Below, piece after piece: positions 27,046-42,846 of a stretch of DNA of 64,000 nt. Source of the stretch: the human T2T-CHM13v2.0 reference genome, Homo sapiens. How positions within the stretch are numbered: the stretch's first letter is position 1; every line of letters starts with the position of its first letter. Below the pieces are notes generated by a model that saw nothing but the letters and a program-made list of their open reading frames with translations, was not told the DNA's origin and did not search any database. The position numbers and the translations under genes are program-made. The stretch lies in NCBI RefSeq assembly GCF_009914755.1, contig NC_060948.1. One strand, written 5' to 3'.

Positions 27046-27724
27046 TATTCAACACTGAAAGCTGACAAGAAGATTTTAGCCAGAATTCTTCATGATGAGA
27101 TCTTTTCTTTTCAGGAACAGAAGCTATTAAGACAAAGAGAAGTTAGTCAAGTAAGCTCTTAGATGGAGCATGGAGGGGTGTCTTCTTATATGAGTGGCTC
27201 TTTGAGAAAACCATGAATAAGAAAAAATATACAGTGCTCAAAGCTGAATACAAGATTTGTGTTAGAACTCTTAATAATTGGCCTTTTTCTGAGTAAAGAA
27301 GAGTTAAACACAATAAAAACTATTCAGACAGGCATTTAGCAAAACTAAGGAATGAAATTCTTTCACATCTGAGGCCTTTCTAGAGACCAATATTTGGTAT
27401 ATTTTGTATATTGGTCTCTAGAAAGATTACAATGTACATTCTTCCCTGAAACTTTACAGGAGGCTTTATTCTAGAACTCTTGAAAATGGCAATTTTTCTT
27501 TTTAAACAAAGGAAGACAATTATAAGAAGAGAAGTTTTAAGACAAGCATTTAGAATGAGCAAAAAGAAGAATCCTTTTATATGGAAGTCCCTTATAGTAA
27601 ACTGTCAAAATGGGTGAATATCCAACTCTGAAAGCTGAAAATCATCTTTTGCAAGGCTCCCAGTGACAGGTGGTTTTCTTTAAAAATAATAATAAAAATA
27701 ACAAACTAAAACAGAAGATTTTTG

Positions 27725-28031
27725 ACCAGGCTCAGTTGCTTATGCCTGTAATTCCAGCACTTTGGGAGGCAGAGGCTGGCAGATCACCTAAAGTCAGGAG
27801 TTGAAGACCAGCGTGGCCAAAATGGTAAACTCCATGTATGCTAAAGATACAAAATTTAGCTGGGCATGGTGGTGCACACCTGTAATTCCAGCCACTCAGG
27901 AGGCTGAGGCAGGAGAATGGCCTGAACCTGGGAGGCAGAGTTTGCAGTGAGCTGAGATTGTGCCACTGCAGTCCAGCCTGGGCAACAGAGCAAAACGCTG
28001 TCTGAAACAAAACAAAACAAACAAAACAAAA
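27725..28031 (+). mobile_element. Alu (AluSx-like)
   Basis: Two arms, (AAAAC)n tail. Confidence 0.95.
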
Positions 28032-28084
28032 ATGGAAAATGGAAGATTTTTAGCACAATCCAGATTTCAGAAGTAAAAATGGGA

Positions 28085-28389
<305 letters not shown>

Positions 28390-29276
28390 GTCCAAAGGGG
28401 AATTCTCTAATGCCAGGGGCTGATCTAGGGCTCCATCAATATGAGCAAATATACAAGTTTTGAAGCTAACAACAAGCTTTGTCTCAGACCGTTAGAGGAT
28501 TGAAAGTTTACTTTAAAAAATTAGAAAGATGTTTACACACTGAGACATTTGTAGCCTGGTATGTAAAAGAAACAAAAGGGAAAATTCTCTCACAAAAGTG
28601 ACCTTCTTGAGACCTTTTAAAGTGAATGAATATCTGGCCCTAAAAGCTGACAGCAAGAATTGTGCCTGAATTCTTGATAATGTGCTTTTTTTTTTTTTAC
28701 AAGACAAGAAAGATGTTTCCATGAAGAGAATATTAAAAACATAAATTTAGAAAAATCACTAAGAGAAATTTTCTCATTCCAATGGTCCTTCTAAAAAATA
28801 GCCTGAATATCTGGTTTTAAAAGCTGACAACAAGTTATGTGCCAGAATCCTTGATAATGGACATTCTTTTTTTTCAGGAAAAGAATAGAGGCAGGAGAAT
28901 AGCAGAGGGAATTGGAAATTGAATAAAGGGTGAAATGAGTAAAAGCAAAAGCAAGGGACAGATGAGCAAAAAGTAAAATAAGAACAGAAGTTGAGTGGCC
29001 AAAACATGAGATAAAGTAGTGTGTAAGGAGCCCAAGGCTGGCTAGAGCCAGACAAAACCAGTAAAGAGCAGCTACTCAGAGATGGACATGTACGTTAGAA
29101 AAAAAAAAAAAGAAGAAACCCTTAAAATAATCCTATATGATAATCAGCTAATTAAAGCTTGCATATATGGACTGCATATCATGCATGTACTTAAAATTAT
29201 GAAATAAGGTGACACACAAGCATGCAGAGGCCAGACTAAATAAGCAACCCACCTGTCAGTCAAAAGGCAGATATTA

Positions 29277-29581
<305 letters not shown>

Positions 29582-29657
29582 GGTAGATGCTAACTAGAGA
29601 TTGGGAAGTTTCGGAAGAGAACAAATAAAGCATACAAAAAGATCCAAAATATACCAA

Positions 29658-29798
29658 ATGCCCAGCTAACTTTCTGTTTTTAGTAGAGATGGGGTTTCAC
29701 CATGTTGGCCAGGGTGGTCTTGATCTCTTGACCTCATGATCTCCCCACCTCTGCTTCCCAAAGTCCTAGGATTACAGGTGTGAGCCACTGTGCCAAGC
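29658..29798 (-). mobile_element. Alu left arm only, no tail
   Basis: tgcccagctaactttctgtttttagtagag...gagccactgtgccaagcc, flanked by ccaaa on both sides. Confidence 0.9.
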
Positions 29799-30939
29799 CC
29801 CAAACTAATGCTAATCATATTTAGTAGAGGTGAACATACTTCTCCATCTCTGACAGAGTTACTGTGCTTGATAAAGTTTATTTGTTTTGCTATTTGTTGT
29901 GTGTGGCACCAAGAACCTGGGACTTTACAACATCAGCCAGTCACATATTATTGTGGTGAGACACCCAGGAGGCAAGCTCAAGTTTGAGATTCTTATTTTT
30001 GCTTCTACTTTCAATGTTTTGTTTCTGTTTGTTGCCATTCTTCACAGGCATGAGATAGGCAGTTAGGAGGTATTAGGGCACGCAATGCTGGAGGACTCCC
30101 ACGACAGGGTAAGATGGTTGGGAAATAAAGCAACAAGGCTCTGCCAGATGCAAGAAAGAACACTGCATCTGTAAAGTATTTGTGTGTTTGGTAAGACATA
30201 ATATTTGATTTCTGCTATCACAATGTTGAAACCAATAATTATTATACACTGACTTAAAGAGCCAAGATAAATAAAAAGAAAACCCTACATTTTATGTGAG
30301 GAAGCAGATCTCAATTCTTTTAGTTTGGTAGACCCGGAACTGAAAGTAAACTCCTTGTAGAGTCTCTTAAATCACGCACAGATTGCATAGCAGATCCATG
30401 GGTAAATTGATCTGCCTGGATTATCTGTTATAGTTATAGGACACTATATTTCCTTATTAACATGGCAGTGTCTAACATATTTAAGCTAGGCAGTCTGCCT
30501 TTTCTAGTTCCTCAAACTATAATTACCAAAATGCTTGAAGAATTCATTTCAGAAGATGCTATTTTGGGCAGCTACAGGGAAGCCAAAAGCTAAGGGATAC
30601 ACATTGGTGCTAAAGGGAAACTTATAAATTACCAATTATTGTGGGATCCTTCTTCAAGTGGTTCAATTGACACTGACACCTAGCTAAGGCTAGAGACATA
30701 AAGCATATCATGAAAATGCCCAAGAAGAACATGTCCTGCTGGCCCTCAAATCTAGCATAGGTCCCCCATAGAAGATGCTGCACTGAGCAGCAGTGCTCTG
30801 TTTCAAGTTTCCCTTGTTTTCCTCCATAGACAGACAATAACAAACTCAGCCTCAATCTTACAAAACTCCTTTCTAGCCGCATTTTCAACAACTGGAAATA
30901 GTTGTCTTGACAGATATTCTGAGAGCATGGGCAAGGCAT

Positions 30940-32320
30940 ACATAGATTAGGCTCAGCTCAAACAAAATAATATCTTTTTTTTTTTTTTTAACTGGAGATG
31001 GCTGGATTTTTCAAAATCGCCTGTTTTGGATTTATAGCAAAGCTCATTCACAAGGCAACATAGGGACCAGAGAATAAGCCAAGTGAATAAACCCTCAATA
31101 ATTAGAGAGGTCTTTACTAAGTTAAAACAAGCCCTCACCCGGACTCCTGCACTAGGCAACCCAGACCTCACTAAATCTTTTTTAAATATGCGGGTGAAAG
31201 TAAAGGCATTGCTATTGGTGTTGCAACCTAAATATTAGGCTTAAAACCTAGAACAATTGCTGGCTTTTCAAGGAAATTGAATGGGGGCAGCCTCAAGATG
31301 GCCAAGCTGCTTGTGTGCAATAGAAGCCACTACTATTTTAGCAGAGGAAACCACTAAGATCACTCTGAGTCAGCCATTGAAATTACTAACAACACCAGGC
31401 TAAATTAATCCTGCAGGTAAAAATCAATAACACATCTGGATGACAGGAGAAATGTTAATCAAGTATCAGGCTGTGCTTTTGAATAATTGAGAAGTTAAAA
31501 CTTGTAAGACCCTGAATCCAGCTTTACTACTGCCTACAGGCTCAATAATTGATTTTTTTTAACATATTATTGCACATGCAAAGGTGAGCCAAGCTCATCG
31601 AAAAGATCATGGTCTTCAAGACCCTGAAGATGACTGCTTCACAAATGATAGTAGCTGTTTGTCTAATGGAGAATGCCAGGCTGGGTATGCAATAGTAAAC
31701 TACAACACCATTATTAAGTCCCAGCCACTGCCCCCAGGCAAAGCACACAAAGCTTGAGATTATTACTTTAATCTGGGCCCCAATAACTAGAAAAGAAAAG
31801 CATATTGCTAAACAGCAAGCATTCCCCCTTAAAAAATGAAAATAAAATTCCTCAATTATGAGAAGCCATAAGTCTACCAAAGCCTATAGCCATAATTAAT
31901 TGTGGAGGGAATCAGAAAGATTTAACCTGCAAAGTGCAGAAAAAGAAAAAGGTCAATAAGAAAGCCAAAGTGGCAGCCCTCAGAACATAATCCCAATCAG
32001 TTTTAGTCTTGTTTTCTTATCATAATTCCCTTGCAGAAACTAACCACACAATACAAGAAAAACAACAAACAAAACAGCAAGAAGGACAAAAACAATAACT
32101 CTAGTGGTATATGGGGCCAAGATGATAACTTACTCAAGCAGCCAAGTGGAAAGTTATAAAAACTTTACATGACTACTTTCACATGGGGAGGGATGCCACA
32201 CTAGCGATAGTAAACAGACTCTTGATTAGATGTAATATTGCTTCAGTGGTTAAGCAATTTTTTCAAACAACTCGGAGTATAACACCTCTCTTAATAGAGC
32301 CCAACTATGTGGGAGGCTCC
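30940..32320 (+). pseudogene. pol: Gammaretroviral pol remnant (RT connection, RNase H, start of IN)
   Basis: Manual translation at 31122 LKQALTRTPALGNPDLTKSF; WPSCL at ~31298; FTNDSS..AGYAIV at ~31637-31697. Confidence 0.85.
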
Positions 32321-32400
32321 AAATAAAGGTCCTCAAAAGGAGAGTCTAAAGACAGATTTAGACGTTACATACCATCCTCTGCTGTGGGGGCACCAGTCTC

Positions 32401-32841
<441 letters not shown>

Positions 32842-32889
32842 CTAGAAAAGTCACCCCATATATCATTCCCCAAATTGTACTTTCTCTCA

Positions 32890-33960
32890 GGGAGATGGCA
32901 GAGCTGGAGAGCACAATGAGAGTTCAAGCCTCTTTTTCATTAACAGGTAACAGACATACAACAATGGAAAGAAAAACTAGTGAGTTATTCTGAAAGCCCG
33001 AGTGAGTTTGCAAATGTTTTCCAAACCTTGTATCTGGCTTGTAACCTTTCATAGAAGAATGAGAAAAAAAAAAATCACTTAGGTAGTGAACTTTTACAAG
33101 CTGACATTAGTCACAAAGAAAAAAAAAAGAAAAAATGTATTTTTTTTTAAATGTGGCTATGTTTTACAGATGGTTGAAAGACTTTAAAATATATACTAAC
33201 CTAGACTCAGCCTCACAAAAAGGGAAAGTACTCATGGCTCAGCACTTTATAAGCCAGCCTGCCCCTAATATTAGATGCAAACTTCAAAGGCTGCAAATGG
33301 GGCCTTAGAAACCTCAGGCTCAGCTCCTGGATACTGCTTTTATGGTATACAGGAATCATTACCTAGAAGAGAAGAAGAAATGGTAACCCAAAATTATAGC
33401 TACCATTATTGGCAATGCCTTAAAGGCCCAGAATGTGTCAAAGGATAACCTGCAAGGACCCAGAAGTAGGAAACCTTGCTTCAAGTCCAAAGAAAGGACA
33501 TTGGATGAAGAATTTTACAAGACCCCTATCTTGCTGCCAGTGCAAAGGTACAAGTCATTATCCCTGGCTTTGGAGGATTGATTGTCCTCACTCCCACCAA
33601 GAGACTTGGTCAGCTAAAATTCTAACAATGCAAAGGAAGGAAATGAATGAAGACTGAAGGAGCTTACAGTCTCCCTCACTGCCCCATCCAGCAATATTAT
33701 CCTTATCATTGAGAAACCTGGGATAACTCTGGATGTCATGGGCACCCAAATTGCATGTAGTTTTAATACAGGGATACACTACTCTGTCCTTACTGCTTAT
33801 GCTGAAAAATACCCCTCTTGGTCTAAGTGATGGAAATAAAAAGAAAGGCACAGACTAGGTTGTTTACTCCTCTTCCAGCTTGCTAATTTAAAAAAATCTT
33901 TCAACAAGAATTTCTGATAGTGCCCAGTTGCTGAGTTAGTTCCTCTCCCCATAAGAGGTA
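32890..33960 (+). pseudogene. gag: Gammaretroviral gag (CA/NC) and protease remnant
   Basis: Manual translation at ~33193 YTNLDSASQKGKVLMAQHFISQPAPNIRCKLQRLQMGP*KPQAQLLDTAFMVY; zinc-knuckle remnants KGHW..CCQCKG..W..DCP in ORF 33433..33657. Confidence 0.85.
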
Positions 33961-35249
33961 CTATGGTAAAAACAGGGTTGCTACTACCACTGCAGATTCA
34001 GTTAACAGCTTCAGCACAGGAAAGCAAGCATGCAGCGTCGGGGCCAAGATCTAGCCAACCTTTGATTAAACAGAATATTATTTCTGTAACACTCATAAAT
34101 ATGTTATGTCTATCTAGTTATTCTCATAACAGTGTTGAAGAAGACTACTGGTTTTTAGGTGCAGATAATTATTATTCAGCTGTGAAGTCTAGAAATTTTG
34201 ACCCATCGGGAGAATGTGATCCAAGCGTCCTGGCTAATAAATTTGGAATAAAGATGAATAACCCTCATGTAGTTCTACAAAGACCTACCATGGAAATTTC
34301 CTGGGTGGGAACAGGAAATTCTTTCTATGTGAAAAAGAGAGTATTTTGTAACTTCTTGTAAAATAGAGAAGCCCTTGTGATGTTGTGGGACATGTGTGGT
34401 GATGCACATCACCCTACACTTCCATGCCCTGAAGTTTAAACCTATCATTTTTCTTCTGCTCTTACTGACTTTCATTATTGGGATTGTTTAATTCAGCATC
34501 TCCCTAGGTAGCACTGAAGGCCAGAAGCCTACCAGGATTTTGTCTTATTTTTTTAAAATGAAGAATTTTGTCTAATTCAGAGGTTACCTAAAGTCTAAAT
34601 TATGAACTTAAAATGGTTACATATAAAATAAGCTAGAAAGAAACCTGTAAGTAGGAAACAGTAATATAAAGAAAGACAGGAACAGGTAGATCCACTTTTT
34701 CTTAAAGAAGATTATAAAGAAAGAAAAATAATTTTATACAAAAAGGATATTGTATGGTAAAGTTCTGTCCTAATGTAAAATAACTGTTTACTTAAGAAAG
34801 AGAAAAGTTTGTGACATGTCAGAAAGTTCAAGCATGTCATAGAATGTCTATGAAAATCATCATAAGTTTCATGAAGTGGAATTTATAAAAGAAATTTTAT
34901 ATTTTATTAAGTTGCTTATTATTTAAAAATCAGTTGTAATAATTTTACTAAGATGGTACCCTTTATGAATATACAGTTTTCTTAAAGAATTAATTTTCTC
35001 TCAATGAAATTACAAGATATTTTACTTTTAATTTTACAAACTATTTCTTTTAAAAACTTGTCAGTGTGTCACTGCATTCAATTTTGTTCTCCCCTTGAGA
35101 ATAACTCAGATAATAATTCTCCTCTTCAGCTTTTCAGATTCTGTAACTGTTTTTCTCTAGTTCTAATTGCATTGACAGAATAAGGGAAGAAGCCAGAGTT
35201 TGACCAAGCTGTCTCAAGAGCTTGTTATCATTGAGTTACCTGATTTTAA

Positions 35250-35560
35250 GAATTGGTACTACCAATCATCTTGCTTATATCAAAACATTTAATATTCATC
35301 TTAATTTTACTACTTCTAGAACCCTACATTTTGAATTACCTCATTTTATGTGTGTCTGACTACCTGGCAGCTCTCCAGTTCCAGATGATGATTATTCCAA
35401 AAGCCTTGGAAAAACACCAAGCTATGACCAACCCAGACACCCTTACATAAAGCATGGAGAGAGTTCTATGATCTCCAGGTAGGCATCATCACCACACAAA
35501 GCCAGTGAAAAGCAGGTACAGAAAATGGGCCTTCACTTTTGGAACCCCATTAAGATGTAT
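35250..35560 (+). pseudogene. env: env transmembrane/cytoplasmic-tail remnant
   Basis: LILLLLEPYILNYLILCVSDYLAALQFQM resembles the gammaretroviral LLLFGPCILN..FVSSRL..IKLQM motif and lies just before the 3' LTR. Confidence 0.7.
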
Positions 35561-35586
35561 GAGGATCATTTCTATCAGGGAAGAAA

Positions 35587-36193
35587 TTAGGGAAGAAAAT
35601 AGCAGAGGAAATTGGAGGCTAAATGAGTAAGAGCAAGGGGAAAAGTTGGGTGAGCAAGAAAAATATAATAAGCAGAAATTGAGCAGTCAAAAAAAGTGAA
35701 ATAAAAGAGTAAATAAGGAGCCCCTGGCTGGCTAGATCCAGACCAAATCACTAAGGGGCAGCTTCTCAGAGATAGGTATAAGCATTAGAAAAAGTATTCT
35801 TAAAATACATTGCATGTGAATGAACTCATTAATGCTCATGCATATTGACTAAATATTATGCCTGGACTTAAAATTATGGGATAAGTGTGATGTTCAAGTG
35901 TACAGGGGCCAAGGAAACTAAGCATCTCTCCTATAAATCAAAAGGAAAATGCTGGCTAGAGATTAGGCAGCCTGGGAACAGAACAGAACAAACATGTTAA
36001 AAAAAAAAAAAAAAGAACAAAATACACTAAGTTGACAATCATCTTATTTTGCAGACATCAGCCCACTCTACCCCTCAAGGGTGCTGCTGTGCTTGGTAGG
36101 AAGTTTGCTGCTTTGCTATTTGTTGTGTGTGCCATGTCCAATTCTTTGCTCATGACACCAAGAACCTGGAACTTCATAACATTGCTGATAACA
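35587..36193 (+). mobile_element. 3' LTR (LTR25-like)
   Basis: Homologous to 28887-29945 without the Alus; the host monomer motif caggaaaagaa|gaaagat is split around the provirus (TSD GAAT / GAAA). Confidence 0.78.
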
Positions 36194-37652
36194 GAAAGAT
36201 CTTTATATGAAAAGAAGATTGTACACAAATATTAAAATAAAGCAAGAAGTGGAAATTTTCTATACTAGTGGCCTTCCTAATATACCTAAATTTTCAGCCC
36301 TGAAAGCTGACAACAAGATTTGTGCAAGAATTCTTGATGATGGGCAGTTCGTTTGCAGAGAAAGAAAAATTTTAACACAAAAAGAAGTTAGCAGACAGGC
36401 ATTCAGAAGAAGCAAAAAGAAAAGCTTCTTATGCCAGTGGTCCTCTAATAATCCCATCAATGCAAATGAACATCAGTCCTGCAAGGTGAAAACAAGCTTT
36501 CTGCCAGAATTTTTGATGAGTAGTTTTCTTCAAGAAAAAACACGTTAACACAATAGAATATACATGCAAGCAGTTAGAAGTAAGAAATACACTTCTTTCA
36601 CACCAACAAATTGAAACCAATGAATATCTAGCCACAAAATTTGACGACATACTCTGTGACAGCACTGTCAATACTGAGGAATTTTCTCTTATGACCAGAA
36701 AGACATTAACATACACAAAGTTTGCAGACAGACCTTCAGAAGAAGCAAGGAGTGAAACTTCTCTCACATCGTGGCCCTTCTAAAGAACTGTCAAATTGAT
36801 AAGCATTCCTGAAAGCTGACAGCAATCATTTTGTTAAAACACTTGATAATAGGCAGCTTTCTTTAAGCAATAAAACAGTTCATAGGAAAGACAGTTTGCA
36901 GATATTCATTAAATGAAGCAAGAATTAAAATTATCTTACATTGGTGGCATACATAGGGGACCATCAAAATGAACAAATATCCAGCCCTCAAAGCTGACAA
37001 CAACCTTTTCACTAAAACCCTTAATGATTGACTGTTTCCTTTCATGGAAAAACAGAAAAAGATTTTAACACAAAGATGGGCATTTGAAAAAACCTAAATT
37101 AAAAAAAAAAACTCTAACATTTGTGGTTCTTCTAAAGAACTGTCAAAACAAATGAATATTTGGCCCTGAAAGCTGACAACAAACTTTGTACCAGGACTCT
37201 TGATTATGAGTGACTTTCTGTTGGAGAAACATAATATAACACAAGGGAAAGTGTGTCAACACATATTTAAAGAGAGCAAATTGAGGAATTATCTTATGCC
37301 AGTGGTCCTTCAAGTTACACATCAATAGGAATGACTATTCGGCTGGAGCAGCCTGCAAAGCTGTAAACAAGTTTTGTGCCAGAACTCTGCAGAACAAGTT
37401 GTTTTGTTTCAGAAAAATACATACTTTTACATTTGAAAAACACCTTGCACACAGAGATTTAAGAGAAGCATAAGGGAAATTATCTCACATTAGTGTCCTT
37501 CTCAGGAAACAGTCACAATAAAAAAGTACCAGCCCTGAAAGCTGACTACAAGCTTGGTGCAAGGACTTTTGATAAGGGAGAGTAGCTTTTAAACAGAAAA
37601 AATTTTACCACAAAATATAGGTTGCCAAGTGGAATTAGGAAAACATACACAG

Positions 37653-37655
37653 TTT

Positions 37656-37715
<60 letters not shown>

Positions 37716-38049
37716 TCCTTCCTTCCTTCCTTCCTTCCTTTTTTCTTTCTTTCCTTTTTTTTTGAGACAGAGTCTTCCTCTGTCACCCAGGCTGGAGGGC
37801 AGTGGCCTGATCTTGGCTCACCGAAAGCTCCGCCTCCCTGGTTCACACCATCTTCCTGCCTCAGCCTCCCAACTAGTTGGGACTACAGGCACCCGCCACC
37901 ATGTCAGGTCATTTTTTTTTTTTGTATTTTTACTAGAGATGGGGTTTCACCATGTTAGTCAGGATCGTCTCAATCTTCTGACCTCGTAATCCACCTGCCT
38001 CTGCCTCCCAAATTGCTGGGAATACAGGCTTGAGCTATCACACCTGGCC
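37653..38049 (-). mobile_element. Alu with tail expanded into (TTTC)n/(TTCC)n microsatellite
   Basis: Microsatellite 37653-37762 followed by the Alu body. Confidence 0.95.
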
Positions 38050-38227
38050 ATAAATAAAAATTTCTAATGCAAGTTGTTCTTCTAGAAACCTTACAATATA
38101 ACTGAATACCTATCCCCAAAACCAGTCAAAATTTGTGTCAGAACTGTTGATGACTGATCGTGTTTTTGCAGAGAAAGAAAAAATTTGCAGGAAAAGATTT
38201 AGTAAACAGGTATATAGAAAAAAAACA

Positions 38228-38493
38228 TGTGAACTCTGAATATCTGAGGCAGGTCTCAGTTGATTTAGAAAGTTAATTTTGTCAAGGTTGAGGACACATT
38301 CCTGTCACACAGCCTCAGGAGATCCTGATGACATGTGCCCAATGTGATTAGAGGACAGCATCATTTTATACACTTAAGGGAGACATGAGACATCCATCAA
38401 CATATGTAAGAAAAACATTGCTCAGTCTTGAAAGGTCAGAAAACTTGAAGCAAAGGCAGAAAAAGTCAAAGCAGGGAGGGGGATTTCAGGACA
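38228..38493 (-). mobile_element. MER4A-like LTR, 3' part only
   Basis: Reverse complement of the end of the 25322-25790 element (tgtgaactctgaatatctgaggcaggtctcagtt..). Confidence 0.8.
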
Positions 38494-39204
38494 TCTAACC
38501 ACCCATTGGATTTACCTTGTCTGCTGCCTAGACAAAGCGAATTTATCAAGACCAGAAAAAAAAAATGCAAGTCAAAGAGTAATTCCCATGGAGCTCACTG
38601 TATGGAAGATTGGAGTTTTATTACTACTCACATGAGTCTCTCTGAAAACTAAGGGATCAGAGATTTTAAGAATGATTTGATGGGTATGGAGCTAGTGAAT
38701 TGGGAGTGCTAGTTGTTTGGCTTGGGGGTAAAGTCATAAGGAGTCAAAGCTGTTCTCTTCTGCTGAGTCACTTTCTCGGTGGGGACCAGAGAACTGGTTG
38801 GCAGGTCCAGGAGGAGTCATCTGGTTGTTAGAAATGCAAAAACCTGAAAAGACACCTCAAAAGACCAACCTTAGTTTCACAATAGTGATGTTACCTTCAA
38901 AAGTAATTGAGGAAGCTGCAAATCTTATGACCTCTGGAATAATGGATGGTAATAATTAGAACTCCTGCCCTTCTCATTTGACTTGGTGGCTGGTGGACTT
39001 TTATTTGTTTTACAAGAACAGTTTAGCCTTTTGAGAATGGATATTACGTAGACTATACACTAAATTTCTTCCCAAAGTAGTTTGGCCTATGCCTAGGAAT
39101 AAACAAAGGTTGTTTAGAGGTTAGAGGCAAGATGGGGTCAGTTAGATCTGATATATTTCATTGTCATAATTTTCTGAGTAAAAATTTTTGCAAAGGCAGT
39201 TTCA
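38494..39204 (-). mobile_element. LTR8-like ERV1 solo LTR
   Basis: taaccacccattgg..ctgcctagac...tttttgcaaaggcagtttca (LTR8 starts TGAAACCGCCTTTGCAAAA as recalled). Confidence 0.8.
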
Positions 39205-39315
39205 CCTACTTCAGAGGCTGAGGAGGGATAATTGCTTGAACCTAAGAGTCAGAGATTGCGGTGACCTGACATTGTACCACTGAAATCCAGTGTAGGTGAC
39301 AGAGTGAGACTCTAA
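39205..39315 (+). mobile_element. Alu right-arm fragment
   Basis: ctacttcagaggctgagg...gacagagtgagactct directly abutting LTR8. Confidence 0.85.
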
Positions 39316-39683
39316 CAACAATGAAATTTTAGTCAAAGTTTTGGAAATATAATATTTTCAGTTACATTCTGCTATAAAAATAAATTTATGTAAATACTAT
39401 AAAATTTATGATTTATTTATAAAACTTTACATTTAAAATATTTAAAGAAATTTATGATTATTTACTTATGTAAATTATCATAATTTTATATGAATACTGA
39501 CAATAATTTCAGAATTCTGGAGAATCAAGGTAGAATAGCAAACATTGTAAGGAGAAAAGAGGCAACCTACAGAAGTAGTGGAGCTCAAATGGCCTCAATG
39601 TGAGTTAATCACATTATAGTTCTACAGGCCTGCAATTTTATCCAAAGTGAGTCAGCTCTGGAATCCCATTTCTGACACCAAAC

Positions 39684-40500
<817 letters not shown>

Positions 40501-40509
40501 GACTTCTAG

Positions 40510-42812
40510 TTGTATTTATTTATTTTTATTTGATGGATAAGCAATAGTTGTATATATTTATGGGATACATGAGTTATTGTGATACAGGCATATAATGTAT
40601 AAGAATTACATCAGGATAAAAAGGGTTTCTATCATCTCAAACATTTTTCATTTCTTTATTGTTATAAATATTGCAATTATCCTCTCAGGTATTTTTAAAT
40701 GTACAATAAATCATTGTTGACTGTGATCACAGTATTTTGCTATCAAATACTAGATCTTATTCATTCTTCCTAATGATATTTTTGTACTTATTAGTCATCC
40801 CCACTTCCTCATCTCCCTCACACTACCCTTCCCAGACTCTGGTAACAATTTTTCTCCTCTCTATTTTCAAGAGTTCAATTGCTTAACTTTTAGCTCTCAC
40901 AAATGTCTAAGAACATATAAAGTTTTTCTTTCTGTTCCTGGCTTATTTCAATAACATCATGCCCTCTAGTTTTATCCATATTTTTGAAAATGGCAGATAT
41001 TCATTTTTTTATGACTGAATAGTTTGCCATTGCACATATGTACCAGAGTGTCTTCATCCATTTTTCTGTTGATAGACATTTAGGTTGCTTCTAAATTGTT
41101 GGTGTTGTGAACGGTGTTTTAATAAACTTGGGGATACAAATATTTCTTTGACATGCTGATTTCCTTCCTTTTAGGTATATTCATAGCAGTAAATTGCTTG
41201 ATTAAATCATAGCTTTATTTTTAGTTTTTGGAGAAACATCCATACTGTTCTTCATAGTTGTATTAATTTATATTCCAACCAACAGTGTATGAGAACTCCC
41301 CTTTCTCCATATCTGTGCTATTATTTGTTATTGCCTGTCTTGTGAGTAAAAACCACTTTAACTGGGGTAAAGTTATGTCTCATTGCAATTTTTGGTTTTC
41401 ATTTCTCTGATGATCAATGATATTGAACACCTATTTGTAAATATGTTTGCCATTAGTATGCCTTCTTTTGAGAAATTTTTACTCAGATCTCTTGCCAGGT
41501 GTTTTTTTCTGTTGTCTTGTTTGAGCTTTTCATACATTTTAATTATTAATCACTTGTCTGATGCACAGTTTGCAAATATTGTCTCCTATTCTGCTGGTTG
41601 TTTCTTCTCTTCATTGTCTCCTTTGCTGTGGAAAAGCTTTTTAACTTGATGTGATGCTACTTTTCTATTTTTGCTCCAGTTGCCTGTATTTCTGGGTATT
41701 ACTCAAGAAATATTTGCCCATACCAATACCCAGGAGAGTTTTCCCAATGTTTTCCTCTAGTGGTTTCATGGCTTGAGATCTTAGATTTAAGTCTTCAATC
41801 CATTTTGATTTGATTTTTGTGTATGGTGAGAGAGAGGGGCCTAGTTTCATTACTATGCATATGAATATCCTATTTTCCCTGCATTTATTGAAGCAACTGT
41901 CTTTTCCCCAATATTTGTTCTTGACATCTTCGTCAAAAATGAGTTCCTTGTATATTTAAGGGTTTATTTATGGGTTCTCTATTTTGTTCCATTGGTCTAT
42001 GCTGAGACAAGTTCGGTCAGGGAGACCCTAACCCAGCAGCACTAGAGGAATTAAAGACACACACACAGAAATATAGAGGTATGGAGTGGGAAATCAGGGG
42101 TCTCACAGCCTTCAGAGCTGAGAGCCCAAACAGAGATTTACTCATTTATTTATTAACAGCAAGCCAGTGATTAGCATTGTTTCTATACATATTTGATTAA
42201 CTAAAAGTATCCCTTATGAGAAACAAAGTTATGGGCCTAAATAAAGGGGTGGGTCTGGCTAGTTATCTACAGCAGGAACATGCCCTTCAGGCACAGATTA
42301 CTCATGCTGTTGTTTGTAGTTTAAGAATGCCTTTAAGCAGTTTTCCACCCAGGGTGGGCCAGATGTTCCTTGCCCTCATTCCAGTAAGCCCACAACCTTC
42401 TAGTATGGGCATTATGGCCATCACGAACATATCACAGTGCTGCAGAGATTTTTTTTTATGGACAGTTTTGGGGCCAGTTGATGGCCAGGTTCTGGGGGGC
42501 CTGTTCCCAACAGGCCTGTGTGTCTGTTTTTATGTCAGTACCATGCTATTTTGATTACTATAGCTCTGCAGAACAATTGCAAGTCACATAATGTGACTCC
42601 TCCAGTTTTGTTCTTTTTGCTCAGGGTGGCTTTGGCTATTATGGGTCTTTTGTGATTTCATAGACATTTAAGAAATATCTTTGTCCTACTGTTGTGAAGA
42701 GTATCATTAGTATATTGATAGTAATTGCACTGAATTTGTAGATTGCTTTGGGTAATATGGATATTTTAACAATATGGATTCTTCTAATCCATGAATGTGA
42801 AATGCCTTTCCA

Positions 42813-42846
<34 letters not shown>

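Noticed and set aside
29946-29975. tRNA primer-binding site after the 5' LTR
   Set aside because: A TGG-containing stretch (tgtggtgagacacccagg) is present but too degenerate to assign a tRNA.
37589-37989. Lys/Glu/Arg-rich and FFLS-repeat ORFs
   Set aside because: Translations of the (TTTC)n Alu tail and Alu body.
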